Translations under genes and position numbers: made by a program
NCBI GenBank assembly: GCA_017439555.1
Contig: JAFSIZ010000186.1
Location: forward strand, 390-64,389
Length of the DNA: 64,000 nt
Source: Oscillospiraceae bacterium
GTDB taxonomy: Bacteria; Bacillota; Clostridia; Oscillospirales; JAAYXM01
Direction of reading: 5' to 3'
Notes under the pieces: generated by a model
What the model was told of the DNA's origin: nothing
Database searches by the model: none
What the model saw: the letters and a program-made list of their open reading frames with translations, nothing else
Shown: one piece after another, positions 56,091 through 64,000 of the stretch
Position numbering within the stretch: position 1 is the first letter of the stretch
Layout: every line of letters starts with the position of its first letter

Positions 56091-57179
56091 ATGGGTGAAG
56101 ACAAGATAACAAGCGGAGCGGGCGCGGCGCTTTGCATAATGACGCTGATGACCAACGCCTATTCCGTTATGCCGGGAGCGGAGGCAGGCGCAGGTGTATG
56201 GATATCCCATATTGCGGCAGGTGCGCTCGCGCTGATTCTTGCGCTGCTTTTTGCCGTGCTTTGTGATGCGTTTCCCGAAAAGAGCTTTTTCGGCGTGCTC
56301 GAGGTAGCGCTCGGCAAATTCGCAGGAAGGCTGATTGCCTTTTTTCTCGCCGTTGCCTCGCTCCTCACCTGTGTGGTATCGCTGACGGTGTTCTCGCGCT
56401 TTGTTCAGATAACCGCTTTGCCGCAGACACCGCAGATAATAATACCCGGGCTCGTGATTGTGATTGCCGCTCTCTCGCTGCGCTGCGGCCTGCGCGCGGC
56501 ATCGGGCTCGGCGAGGCTTCTCGTCTGGTTTTCCGTTGCTGTTTTTCTCATATATGTAATTTTCGGTATAGGAAGAGCCGGGCTTTCGCTGACCGCTCCG
56601 GATATGACAAGGGTTGAACCTCTGCTTTCAGGCGGAGGAGAAGTGTTTTTGAATCGCTTTGGTGCGCTGCCTGCCCTGATGGCGATATATGTCAGGATGC
56701 CGAAAAAGGGAAGGCGTGCGCCGTTTTTTGCCGCTATCGGCGGCGTTGCGGCGGCGCTTTGCATTATCGCGCTGATAACTGTTGCAACGCTCGGCGCTGA
56801 GACTGCAAGGACAGATTTTTACCCGATATACACGGCGATGTCTGTGCGCGGCGTCGGGGGATTTATACAGCATACAGAGATTTTTGCGTGTATTGCGATG
56901 ACGCTCTGTCTGTTTTTCAAAAGTGCTGTGTGTCTTGCGTTTTCCGATGATATGCTCTCCGGCGTGTTTTCGGCAGAGAGAAGGCTCGGGGCAGCGATGC
57001 CGCTTGCGCTCATCTGCGCCGCTTCGACACAGCTGATCTATCGTGATATATCGGGGCTTCGCGGTATGGTTGAATGGAAAAGCGGTGCGTGGTTTGCCGT
57101 TGCGCTATATGTGGCTGCCGCGATTCTTCCGTGGCTCGGAGAGCGCGTCCGCAGAGCAAAAACAGGAAAGGCGCAGTGA
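56091..57179 (+). CDS. Spore germinant receptor, B subunit (amino-acid-permease-like)
   Basis: 362 aa with about 10 TM helices, in the ger operon. Confidence 0.8.
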   Translation: MGEDKITSGAGAALCIMTLMTNAYSVMPGAEAGAGVWISHIAAGALALILALLFAVLCDAFPEKSFFGVLEVALGKFAGRLIAFFLAVASLLTCVVSLTVFSRFVQITALPQTPQIIIPGLVIVIAALSLRCGLRAASGSARLLVWFSVAVFLIYVIFGIGRAGLSLTAPDMTRVEPLLSGGGEVFLNRFGALPALMAIYVRMPKKGRRAPFFAAIGGVAAALCIIALITVATLGAETARTDFYPIYTAMSVRGVGGFIQHTEIFACIAMTLCLFFKSAVCLAFSDDMLSGVFSAERRLGAAMPLALICAASTQLIYRDISGLRGMVEWKSGAWFAVALYVAAAILPWLGERVRRAKTGKAQ

Positions 57180-57257
57180 AATTTTCACCGCGGCGCACAT
57201 TCTGCATAATATATAGTGAAGGATACTTCAAAACATCATTACGGGAGGTCAAAGCAA

Positions 57258-58115
57258 ATGCCTGACAACAAGGTATTGCCCGGCCCCATCCACGGTAATG
57301 CTCCGTGTGTGAAAGAGGCCGTGTGTATTCATACAAACAGAATTTACGACTCGTGCCGCGACAAGGAGTGTATTGAGAATCTTCGCGTCTATCCGACACG
57401 CTGCTCTCAGGAAATTCTCGACTGTGCATCAAGTGTCAAGAGCCGCGATGCGAGACTCGTCTGGACGAACATAGATGTGCGTGAGGTCGCGTTCAACCGC
57501 GGCTATTATTCGGTCGATATCCGCTTCTTCTATAAGATAAGCGTTGATGTGTGCTCGTGCAGCGGAAGAACGCAGAAGGTCAGCGGTCTTGCCGTCTATG
57601 ACAAAAACGTCATACTCTTCGGCAGTGAAGGCGATGTCAAGATATTCAGCTCGCGCTTTGAAGCCTGTTCAAAAGCCGCAACCAATATGCCGACAGCCTT
57701 TGTCGAGGCGGTTGACCCGATATTCCTCGATGCAGATATCTGCGATGCAAAGAGAGAGCTTTGCCGCGACCCGGAATGCGAATGCAGCTGTGATGAGCTT
57801 TGCGACGTGCCGCATTGCATCAGAGAGCTGTTTGAGGATGAGCTGATTGTAAGCGGCGGCTGCAAGAACCTGCTTGTAACGCTCGGGCAGTTCTCAATAG
57901 TGCGCCTTGAGCGCGACAGCCAGATACTCATTCCAGCATATGATTTCTGTATGCCCGAGAAGGAATGCGTTGGCTCGAGTGAGGATAGCCCCTGTGATCT
58001 GTTCCGCAGAATAAAGTTCCCGATAGGAGAGTTTTTCCCGAGCCCTGTGCGCGATGCAAACAGCGAGCCGCCTTGCGATTGCAAGCCGATTGCAAAAGGC
58101 TGCTGCCAGCGATAG
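57258..58115 (+). CDS. Cysteine-rich hypothetical protein
   Basis: 285 aa with a GGGAGG RBS before ATG 57258. Many Cys residues (CVKEAVCIH...DSCRDKECIEN...CECSCDELCDVPHC...). Confidence 0.5.
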   Translation: MPDNKVLPGPIHGNAPCVKEAVCIHTNRIYDSCRDKECIENLRVYPTRCSQEILDCASSVKSRDARLVWTNIDVREVAFNRGYYSVDIRFFYKISVDVCSCSGRTQKVSGLAVYDKNVILFGSEGDVKIFSSRFEACSKAATNMPTAFVEAVDPIFLDADICDAKRELCRDPECECSCDELCDVPHCIRELFEDELIVSGGCKNLLVTLGQFSIVRLERDSQILIPAYDFCMPEKECVGSSEDSPCDLFRRIKFPIGEFFPSPVRDANSEPPCDCKPIAKGCCQR

Positions 58116-58127
58116 GCATAACGAAGA

Positions 58128-58164
58128 AACAACCGGGGTGCATCGCCGCATCCCGGTTGTTTTC
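58128..58164. terminator. Bidirectional terminator closing the TIR/RyR operon
   Basis: aaacaaccggg...cccggttgttt. Confidence 0.75.
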
Positions 58165-58166
58165 CT

Positions 58167-58448
58167 CTATTTCTTTTCTATCTTATACCCGAGCTTTATT
58201 ACAAGCTTCAGGGTTTCATATGCTGTGCGCCTGTCAAAATCCTTTTCCTCCTCCCGAAGCTCGGAATAGGGGACGAGACAAGGTGTTTGTTTTTTGCTAT
58301 CGTCGCGCGTGGGGCCATAGGTCCAGCCCTCCGCAATACGCCCTTTTGCCCAGACATCGTGGACATTTTCGGCTATTTGCTCGCCAAGCTCGAGAAGTGA
58401 GGCATCGAGGGCTATATCATCAGTATTGACGGGTTTTGGTGTATACAT
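58167..58448 (-). CDS. Stand-alone RyR (ryanodine-receptor repeat) domain protein
   Basis: 93 aa. LGEQIAENVHDVWAKGRIAEGWTYGPTRDDSKKQTPCLVPYSELREEEKDFDR follows the RyR-domain consensus (E..H..W......GW.YG..RD...K.HP.LVP...L...EK..D) as I recall it. Confidence 0.8.
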   Translation of the reverse strand: MYTPKPVNTDDIALDASLLELGEQIAENVHDVWAKGRIAEGWTYGPTRDDSKKQTPCLVPYSELREEEKDFDRRTAYETLKLVIKLGYKIEKK

Positions 58449-58460
58449 ATAAAAATCTCC

Positions 58461-60224
58461 TTAAGCGTCGTCTTTTTCCTGCTCCGAAAGGGGCAGCTCA
58501 TCAAACGGGACAAGCATCGCGTGGGTTTTTGCCATATGGTTTTTCGGTCCTCTTCTATAGCCCTCAGAACGCATATAGGCGTTCCAGCGGCTGTGCTCTG
58601 TGTGCCTTAAAACGTCGAGCTCCTCGGGGGTTCTTTCCGAGGGTGCTTTGTCTGCGCCGGGGATGGCAAGGCGTTTGCACATCTCGATGTGGATTGCGGA
58701 TGCCATTGAGGATCTGTAGTTATATTCATATGCCCAGAAGCTTTCTTCGCTTCCGTATCGCATATGGCGGCCAAGGGCAAATCTCTCAAGCTCTGTGCTG
58801 AGGACGGCTTCCCCGGAATATATCGATCTCAGATCGCCGACAAAATCGATGTTATAGGGCTTTGGCGGATTTTCAAAATTACCGACACCGCAGAGCAGCT
58901 CCTTCTTTTCCGAATCATATACAACTGCCTGTATCATCGGAGAATAGCCTGCGTTGAGGAGAACACTGCGGAGTCTGACGGCGGTTTCAATATTCTGAGT
59001 ATCATCGCCGAGGGAGACGAAGGCATAGGTCACAGCGCCGATTTTTTCAAGCTCCTGCATAAATTCAGCCGTGTTTATTTCGATGCCCGGATGGATTGTG
59101 ATGTCATATCTGTTTTCCGGATGTGTTGAGTCATCGCCGCGGACAAGCTCGGGGCAGTTCATAAGAAATCTGCGCTCGGCGGCTTCATCAGAATCAAACA
59201 CATTGAGCTTCAGCTCATATCCCGGCATCTGGCAAAGCCAGGTGAGCGCCTTTGTCATTTCAAAGCCATATTCGCCCATACCGACAACGATTGCCGAGAT
59301 AAGCTTCTTTCCGTTTTCACAGTCACGTGCGCTCCTGAAGATATTTTCTCCCGATTTGTCGATTATATCATATGTAAGAGAACGGACAGGGTTGATTCTT
59401 CGCACCTTCATATTGAGATTTTTGTTTGCCGCATTGAGCAGAAGCTCGCTTTCGATGCAGGTAGAGAAGGCGAAAAGCTCTGTTTTTTGGCGAAGCCCAT
59501 ATTTTCTTATCAGGCCGAGTGACAGCTTGAGACTGTCGTTTTCGTCGTCAACCGTCAGGAATATAAGCTTTTTTGCCTTTGAATGAATGTCGAAGCGGAC
59601 AGACAGAATATCGCGCGAAAAGCATATCGCGCCGAGCTCCTGCGCCTGCTCGGCAAGCTCATATATATCGCTTTCCCTGTCCTGAGAGACATCCGTGAAA
59701 ACGATGACCGCGCTTTTGTGGTTTTCCTTTATATCGCGTGCAAGCGCCATCGATTTGCTGTTGAGCTCTGAGAAGATGTATGCGTCTTTTGAAAAGCTGA
59801 ACAAATATCTTCTGTATGCCGTGAGGTTTTTGAAGAATGAGAGAATAAAGCCGAAGGTGAGAAGCGGCGCGAGCACGAAGAGAATCGCGCACAGAACGGA
59901 ATATGCCGCTGCCGCAATGCCTCTGTTCTTTCCTATGGCATCAATGACAGACTGATAATCGGAATCGACAACAAAAAGCTTTATTGCATTGTGGACGGAA
60001 ACAAGGAAGGTTTTAATGTCAAACACGCCGCGGATATCGCCCCGGAACTCGTTTGCATAGACAGGGCAAAAAACCAAAAAGCTTGCGAGGAACACACCGA
60101 CGAACATAATGTTTATCGGAGACATAACTTTGTCTCTGTGTTTTGATGCGGCGGATATTGCCGCCGCAATTACGGTTATTGCAAGAATGGCGCCGGGGAT
60201 AAGAACATATGTCCAGATATTCAT
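58461..60224 (-). CDS. Membrane protein: N-terminal TM helices, Rossmann-like (GxGxxG) region, C-terminal RyR-like domain
   Basis: TM helices (IWTYVLIPGAILAITVIAAAI, INIMFVGVFLASFLVFCPVY, AYSVLCAILFVLAPLLTFGFIL). AIVVGMGEYGFEMT. The C-terminus is LRHTEHSRWNAYMRSEGYRRGP...KTHAMLVPFDELPLSEQEKD. Confidence 0.65.
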   Translation of the reverse strand: MNIWTYVLIPGAILAITVIAAAISAASKHRDKVMSPINIMFVGVFLASFLVFCPVYANEFRGDIRGVFDIKTFLVSVHNAIKLFVVDSDYQSVIDAIGKNRGIAAAAYSVLCAILFVLAPLLTFGFILSFFKNLTAYRRYLFSFSKDAYIFSELNSKSMALARDIKENHKSAVIVFTDVSQDRESDIYELAEQAQELGAICFSRDILSVRFDIHSKAKKLIFLTVDDENDSLKLSLGLIRKYGLRQKTELFAFSTCIESELLLNAANKNLNMKVRRINPVRSLTYDIIDKSGENIFRSARDCENGKKLISAIVVGMGEYGFEMTKALTWLCQMPGYELKLNVFDSDEAAERRFLMNCPELVRGDDSTHPENRYDITIHPGIEINTAEFMQELEKIGAVTYAFVSLGDDTQNIETAVRLRSVLLNAGYSPMIQAVVYDSEKKELLCGVGNFENPPKPYNIDFVGDLRSIYSGEAVLSTELERFALGRHMRYGSEESFWAYEYNYRSSMASAIHIEMCKRLAIPGADKAPSERTPEELDVLRHTEHSRWNAYMRSEGYRRGPKNHMAKTHAMLVPFDELPLSEQEKDDA

Positions 60225-60242
60225 GATTTTTCCTCCTGCTGT

Positions 60243-63200
60243 TTATTGTTTTGCCTTTGCGGAAAGCTCTGCTGTCGAATAGAGCGGATATTTTCCGATG
60301 ATGTCATATCGCGCGGTAATGACAGAATTATCACCCGGCAGATAACATTCCATTCCGCTTATATCATAACAGACCTCAAACGCCGAAAGGTCGATGAGAT
60401 AGGTATGCTCAAGACCAAATGCGATTTGCCAGCCGCTGAGCGCGAGCATATTGAGCTCCGGTATATATTGTGCTTCGGTGCTGTCGGAGGTAGCCATTCG
60501 TATCCTGTCGTTTTCGAGATCGACAGAGGAAGAAACCTCTCCGCTTTCAATTTCGACCTTATAGAGCTTTGAGTCATTGCAGAGCACGCCTATGTGTGTG
60601 TCGCTTCCGATATAGACAAGCGAAACAACGGATGGAAGAGCATATGTTCTGCGCTGCAGACACTTGCCGCTGTTGAGGTCAAAATGACCTGTCGTCCCGT
60701 CGCTGAGTCGAAGAAGGACGCTGTTGGCCGAAAGGAAGATTGCCTGCTCAATTTCAAGCCCCTTGCCGCTTTCGTCCTTTTCTTCAAGCTCAAGAACAAC
60801 GGGGGGCAGAGCAGGGGAGGTATATACCTCAAAATATGAAACATTTTCATATTTTCCATGTTCATTATAGCCTGAATATTTTGTTTTGGTAATAAGCTTG
60901 CTTCCGTCATCCGATGTGAAGAAGTCATAACCTGTGCTTGGTTTCATTTCGCCGCGCTTTGCCGCATGCTCTGAGATTTTTCCATATTCATCCACAAACA
61001 GAATTGTGCCGTTGCCACGGAACACGGCTTTGCCGCAGAAAACCTCAGGATCGGAAGAGGGCGAATATACGCCGTCGGGAAGCGTCAGCTGAGCTGTTTT
61101 CCCGCCTGTTGTGATATTATAGATTGCTATGCTTTTGTCGTTCTGAACAAGAAGCTTTGTATCGTTGAGCAAAGCCCATCTCATACCATAGTTGTCGAAA
61201 GCCGCAATAGTGATGAGCTTGTTCGCCTTTATGTCATAAACCGATATTTTCGTATATTCATCTATAACAGCATAGGTTTTTGAAGAATTGAGCCTGATAT
61301 CATCGCTTGTTGCGTGATGAATCTCAAGAAAGTCATCATTTTTGACATCTTCAAATATAAGTGCTTCGTTTGAATTTGCGTTTACTGTCGCATAATGAGC
61401 TGAATAGTATGCACATTTTTCGGGTTTGTTGAGAAGTGTGCGTGTCAGATATGGGTGCGGCTCAGGCTCTTCTTTTGTTCTGTTTCTTGAAGCTACTGCA
61501 ATTTCGCTTCCCTCTTTTGTGATTATAAAGAGGATTCCGTCTGATGCTGCGTGTGCGCAGGCAGCACTGCCGCCAAAATCATAGGAATACAGCAAGTCCC
61601 CTGTTGAGGCGTTGAAATACATGACCTTATTCGGGGTAAGGCAGAAATACATATCACAGAAATTGTTGCACCTTTCCGCTCGGAAAACGCCGGTTTTTAC
61701 TATTCCCGTGGAATAGGGGGAATCTGTCTCGGTGCGCCATATTACGTCAGCTGTCTGAGCATTGATGGTAAAGATTCCAAGCTTTCTTTTTGCAGATGCT
61801 GAATTTGAATGTTCAAAGACGGCGTAAGCTGTATTGTCTGCAATATCAAATGCATATATGTCTGAATATGTAAAGCTATCATATGTCGAATCTGCGCCTG
61901 CATCATAAATAACGGTCGGGTTAACGGCCTTTTCGCCATACACGTCAAAACACATAAGTGCAGGCTTATATGACTCGCTCGGAGATTCTGTCGAAAAATA
62001 CAGCTTGCTTCTGCTCCGCCCGACATATTTTGTGCTGTAGGTGTTGAGCTTGTAGCTCTCAATTTCAAACCGCTCTGTGAGCTCACCGCTGAATCTGTCG
62101 AATATTTCAATGATGTGACCTGTATTGTCGCTGTTGTTGTCAATTCTTGCAATCTCAGCTTCGGTTACATATACATTTGAAAGAGAATATCCCGAAGGAA
62201 CTGATTCCCAGAGGATTTCTCCTGTTTTGCCGCACAGCTTGAAGAAGCTTTTTCCTGCGGTTATAAGAATATCGCTTCCGGATATGTTCTCATCAACCGA
62301 AACCTTTTCAAAACCGTGCGTTGCGCCGGATGCATCCATAACGTAAACATCGCCGTTTTTCTTTTCAAAGGCGGCCGTCTTTATTTCACCTGTGTTGTCA
62401 TAATATATATATGGAGTATGATTGTCAAAATTGTCCGGTGTGTATTTTTTTATAAGCGCGCCTGTTTCGGCGTTGTGGAAATAGATGTTGTTCTTGTTGT
62501 CCTTTGCGACGATTGTCTTTCCATCACCTGCATATCCGATATCGGTTATTGCGCTGTCATAGATTATTTTGAGTGTGTTTTTGAAATTCTTTTGCTCAAA
62601 AGCGCCTATCTGGTTTGCAAGCGTGCGCTTTGCCGAAAGCACAAGCGGACGCGGATTGGATTCGCTCGGAAGAGCGGAAAGCACAGTATCAATTGCAGTT
62701 ACTCCGTCGCCGTGGTTCCAGAGTGTTTTTGAGAGGGTTACAAGGCTTTCTGAATTTTCAACCTGTGCAATTTTCGTCTGCTCGTTTGCGATGGCTTCAT
62801 TCGTTTGGGCAATCGTGCGTTGGCGGTTTGCCTCCTGAAGGTTTGCCTCCGCCGCGGCTCTCTGGCGCTCTGCTTCACGCAGGTTTGCCTCTGCTGCGGC
62901 CCTTTGCCGCTCTGCTTCACGCAGGTTTGCCATAGCCGCTGCCTTTTGCTTTTCTGCCTCACGGAGGTTCGTCTCTGCTGCGGCTCTCTGGCGTTCAGCT
63001 TCCTGAAGGTTTGCCTCTGCCTCCGCCGTTTTCTGTGCAAGGTCCTCGTTTGTCTGCATAAGGGTGCGGTTGCTCTCGTCAAGCTCCTGCGTCTTTGCTT
63101 CAAGGTTTGCGTTGGCAGCTTCAAGCGCCGCCTTCTGTGTGTTGATCTCATAGAGCATTGCGCTCGTATAGAGCCCGAAGGCAAATAAAAACGCAAAAAT

Positions 63201-63803
63201 CAATGCCGCGATGGTGATTATTCGCCTGACAGTGCGCTTCTGGTTTCTGTTGTAAAGCGCATCGTAGCCGACGCCGAGAAGCGGCGCGGCAATTCTTAAG
63301 AATTCGGTTTTCAGCTTGCGTAGCGAGCCTTGAAGCGTCGGGGCGACGATGTTTGCCGCAAGCGGCTCTATCACGTGGCTTCGGCGCGAAACGTTGCCTT
63401 CTGAATCGGTGACATCGATCATTTCTGTGCAGAGAGCGAGCGGGAACGCCGTCTGCGGCTCGCCATCGGAAAGAATCGTGATGATATTTGCGTTGTTGCC
63501 GTTGTGAAGCTCTTTGAAATATGTAATCTCCTCCATACACCAGCGCGAGTCCTTGGTGCTTTCGGAGCAAACGACTATGAGATATCGCGAATTTTCAAGC
63601 GCGTGCTTTATATCCTCGCTGAGGTTACTGCTTGTCGGAAGCTCTGTTTCATCGCGGAATATGCGCCAACGCTTGAAATCACCCTTGACTGACTTCGGGG
63701 GCTTATAGCTTTCGAGCATTTTCTGCAGCTTTTCTGCAACGGCTTTATCATGAGAGGTATGCCTATAGCTTATAAAGGCATCATATATATATTCTTTCTC
63801 CAT
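60243..63803 (-). CDS. TIR domain, TM helix, 14-aa-repeat coiled coil, large beta-propeller-like extracytoplasmic region
   Basis: N-terminal YDAFISYRH...RIFRDETEL...YLIVVCSESTKDSRWCMEEI (TIR, with the WCxxE Glu at residue 92). TM helix IITIAALIFAFLFAFGLYTSAML. (ANLREAERQRAAAE)n repeats. At least 8 blade-like motifs, e.g. IYFHNAETGALI, FKLCGKTGEILW, MYFNASTGDLLY, ISVYDIKANKLI, IAIYNITTGGKT. Confidence 0.8.
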   Translation of the reverse strand: MEKEYIYDAFISYRHTSHDKAVAEKLQKMLESYKPPKSVKGDFKRWRIFRDETELPTSSNLSEDIKHALENSRYLIVVCSESTKDSRWCMEEITYFKELHNGNNANIITILSDGEPQTAFPLALCTEMIDVTDSEGNVSRRSHVIEPLAANIVAPTLQGSLRKLKTEFLRIAAPLLGVGYDALYNRNQKRTVRRIITIAALIFAFLFAFGLYTSAMLYEINTQKAALEAANANLEAKTQELDESNRTLMQTNEDLAQKTAEAEANLQEAERQRAAAETNLREAEKQKAAAMANLREAERQRAAAEANLREAERQRAAAEANLQEANRQRTIAQTNEAIANEQTKIAQVENSESLVTLSKTLWNHGDGVTAIDTVLSALPSESNPRPLVLSAKRTLANQIGAFEQKNFKNTLKIIYDSAITDIGYAGDGKTIVAKDNKNNIYFHNAETGALIKKYTPDNFDNHTPYIYYDNTGEIKTAAFEKKNGDVYVMDASGATHGFEKVSVDENISGSDILITAGKSFFKLCGKTGEILWESVPSGYSLSNVYVTEAEIARIDNNSDNTGHIIEIFDRFSGELTERFEIESYKLNTYSTKYVGRSRSKLYFSTESPSESYKPALMCFDVYGEKAVNPTVIYDAGADSTYDSFTYSDIYAFDIADNTAYAVFEHSNSASAKRKLGIFTINAQTADVIWRTETDSPYSTGIVKTGVFRAERCNNFCDMYFCLTPNKVMYFNASTGDLLYSYDFGGSAACAHAASDGILFIITKEGSEIAVASRNRTKEEPEPHPYLTRTLLNKPEKCAYYSAHYATVNANSNEALIFEDVKNDDFLEIHHATSDDIRLNSSKTYAVIDEYTKISVYDIKANKLITIAAFDNYGMRWALLNDTKLLVQNDKSIAIYNITTGGKTAQLTLPDGVYSPSSDPEVFCGKAVFRGNGTILFVDEYGKISEHAAKRGEMKPSTGYDFFTSDDGSKLITKTKYSGYNEHGKYENVSYFEVYTSPALPPVVLELEEKDESGKGLEIEQAIFLSANSVLLRLSDGTTGHFDLNSGKCLQRRTYALPSVVSLVYIGSDTHIGVLCNDSKLYKVEIESGEVSSSVDLENDRIRMATSDSTEAQYIPELNMLALSGWQIAFGLEHTYLIDLSAFEVCYDISGMECYLPGDNSVITARYDIIGKYPLYSTAELSAKAKQ
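62835..63027 (-). repeat. Coding tandem repeat, 42 bp x about 4.6
   Basis: Forward-strand units ctgaaggtttgcctc(c/t)gc(c/t)gcggc(t/c)ct(c/t)tg(g/c)cgctctgcttc encode ANL(R/Q)EAE(R/K)Q(R/K)AAAE. Confidence 0.85.
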
Positions 63804-63834
63804 AGAATCATCCCCTTTTATAAATACCCATTTT

Positions 63835-63862
63835 ATTATAACATCTTTTCAAAAAAGGTCAA
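63835..63862 (-). promoter_or_regulatory. Promoter of the TIR/RyR operon
   Basis: Minus strand: TTGACC, 16-nt spacer, TG-t-TATAAT (extended -10), about 30 nt upstream of the start codon. Confidence 0.6.
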
Positions 63863-63883
63863 TCGGGAACAGAAGGGGAAAAG

Positions 63884-63914
63884 AAAAAACGACTTGCAAA
63901 AAGCAAGTCGTTTT
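63884..63914 (-). terminator. Terminator downstream of tRNA-Lys
   Basis: acgacttgc/gcaagtcgt hairpin followed on the minus strand by a T-run. Confidence 0.8.
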
Positions 63915-63990
63915 TGGTGATCCACCGGAGGCTCGAACTCCGGACACCCGCCTTAAAAGGGCGGTGCTCTACCTACTGAGCTAGTGGATC
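63915..63990 (-). tRNA. tRNA-Lys (anticodon UUU), CCA encoded
   Basis: The hand-folded cloverleaf is acceptor GAUCCAC/GUGGAUC, D arm GCUC-AGUAGGUA-GAGC, anticodon arm CCGCC-CUUUUAA-GGCGG, T arm CGGAG-UUCGAGC-CUCCG, discriminator A, then CCA. Total 76 nt. Confidence 0.9.
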
Positions 63991-64000
63991 ATATTTGGCT

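Noticed and set aside
62835-63027. Possible CRISPR-like or non-coding tandem array (also 28502-28606, 35500-35600 and 44541-44580)
   Set aside because: The first three are in-frame coding repeats with no spacers. The fourth is only a 20-bp duplication. None has repeat-spacer architecture, and no cas genes are present.

Overview
This window looks like a chromosomal segment from a spore-forming Firmicute, probably Clostridia. The clues are AGGAGG-type ribosome-binding sites (RBS), a gerA-type germinant receptor operon, a DUF1540 gene and many zinc-ribbon membrane proteins. Housekeeping blocks: rhaA-rhaD-rhaM, a fumarate-hydratase-type beta subunit, trxA, prfB, trmL, pgk-tpiA-gpmI-eno, nrdG, nrdD-trxB, pdxK with an ECF S-component and a divergent MocR/PdxR-like regulator, the ger operon, and tRNA-Lys(UUU) at the right edge. 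Four accessory regions sit between them. (1) 27.5-36.8 kb holds a co-directional locus with a ubiquitin-like (Ubl) domain, a ThiF-type E1, a UBC-type E2 with the HPN-x6-Cys signature, a C4HC3 RING/PHD-like zinc finger and two JAMM/JAB peptidases. Every part except the E1 has predicted transmembrane (TM) helices. The E2 is fused to a polytopic membrane region plus an FHA domain, and the Ubl is the N-terminal domain of a membrane-anchored precursor. This is my top candidate for a new system. (2) 58.1-63.9 kb, beside tRNA-Lys, is a three-gene operon: TIR-TM-coiled-coil-beta-propeller, then TM-Rossmann-RyR, then a stand-alone RyR domain. (3) 13.2-18.6 kb is an array of three membrane-anchored ankyrin-repeat paralogues. 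One follows an intact 423-aa gene; the other two follow only decayed 3' remnants of that gene, a layout like toxin/immunity cassettes. (4) 42.4-46.0 kb is an AT-rich islet with REP-like repeats, a SLOG-like gene and XRE/RHH regulators, lying between nrdG and nrdD. NrdD also carries a C-terminal CxxC glutaredoxin-like fusion. All domain calls come from motifs read by eye; no database search was run.
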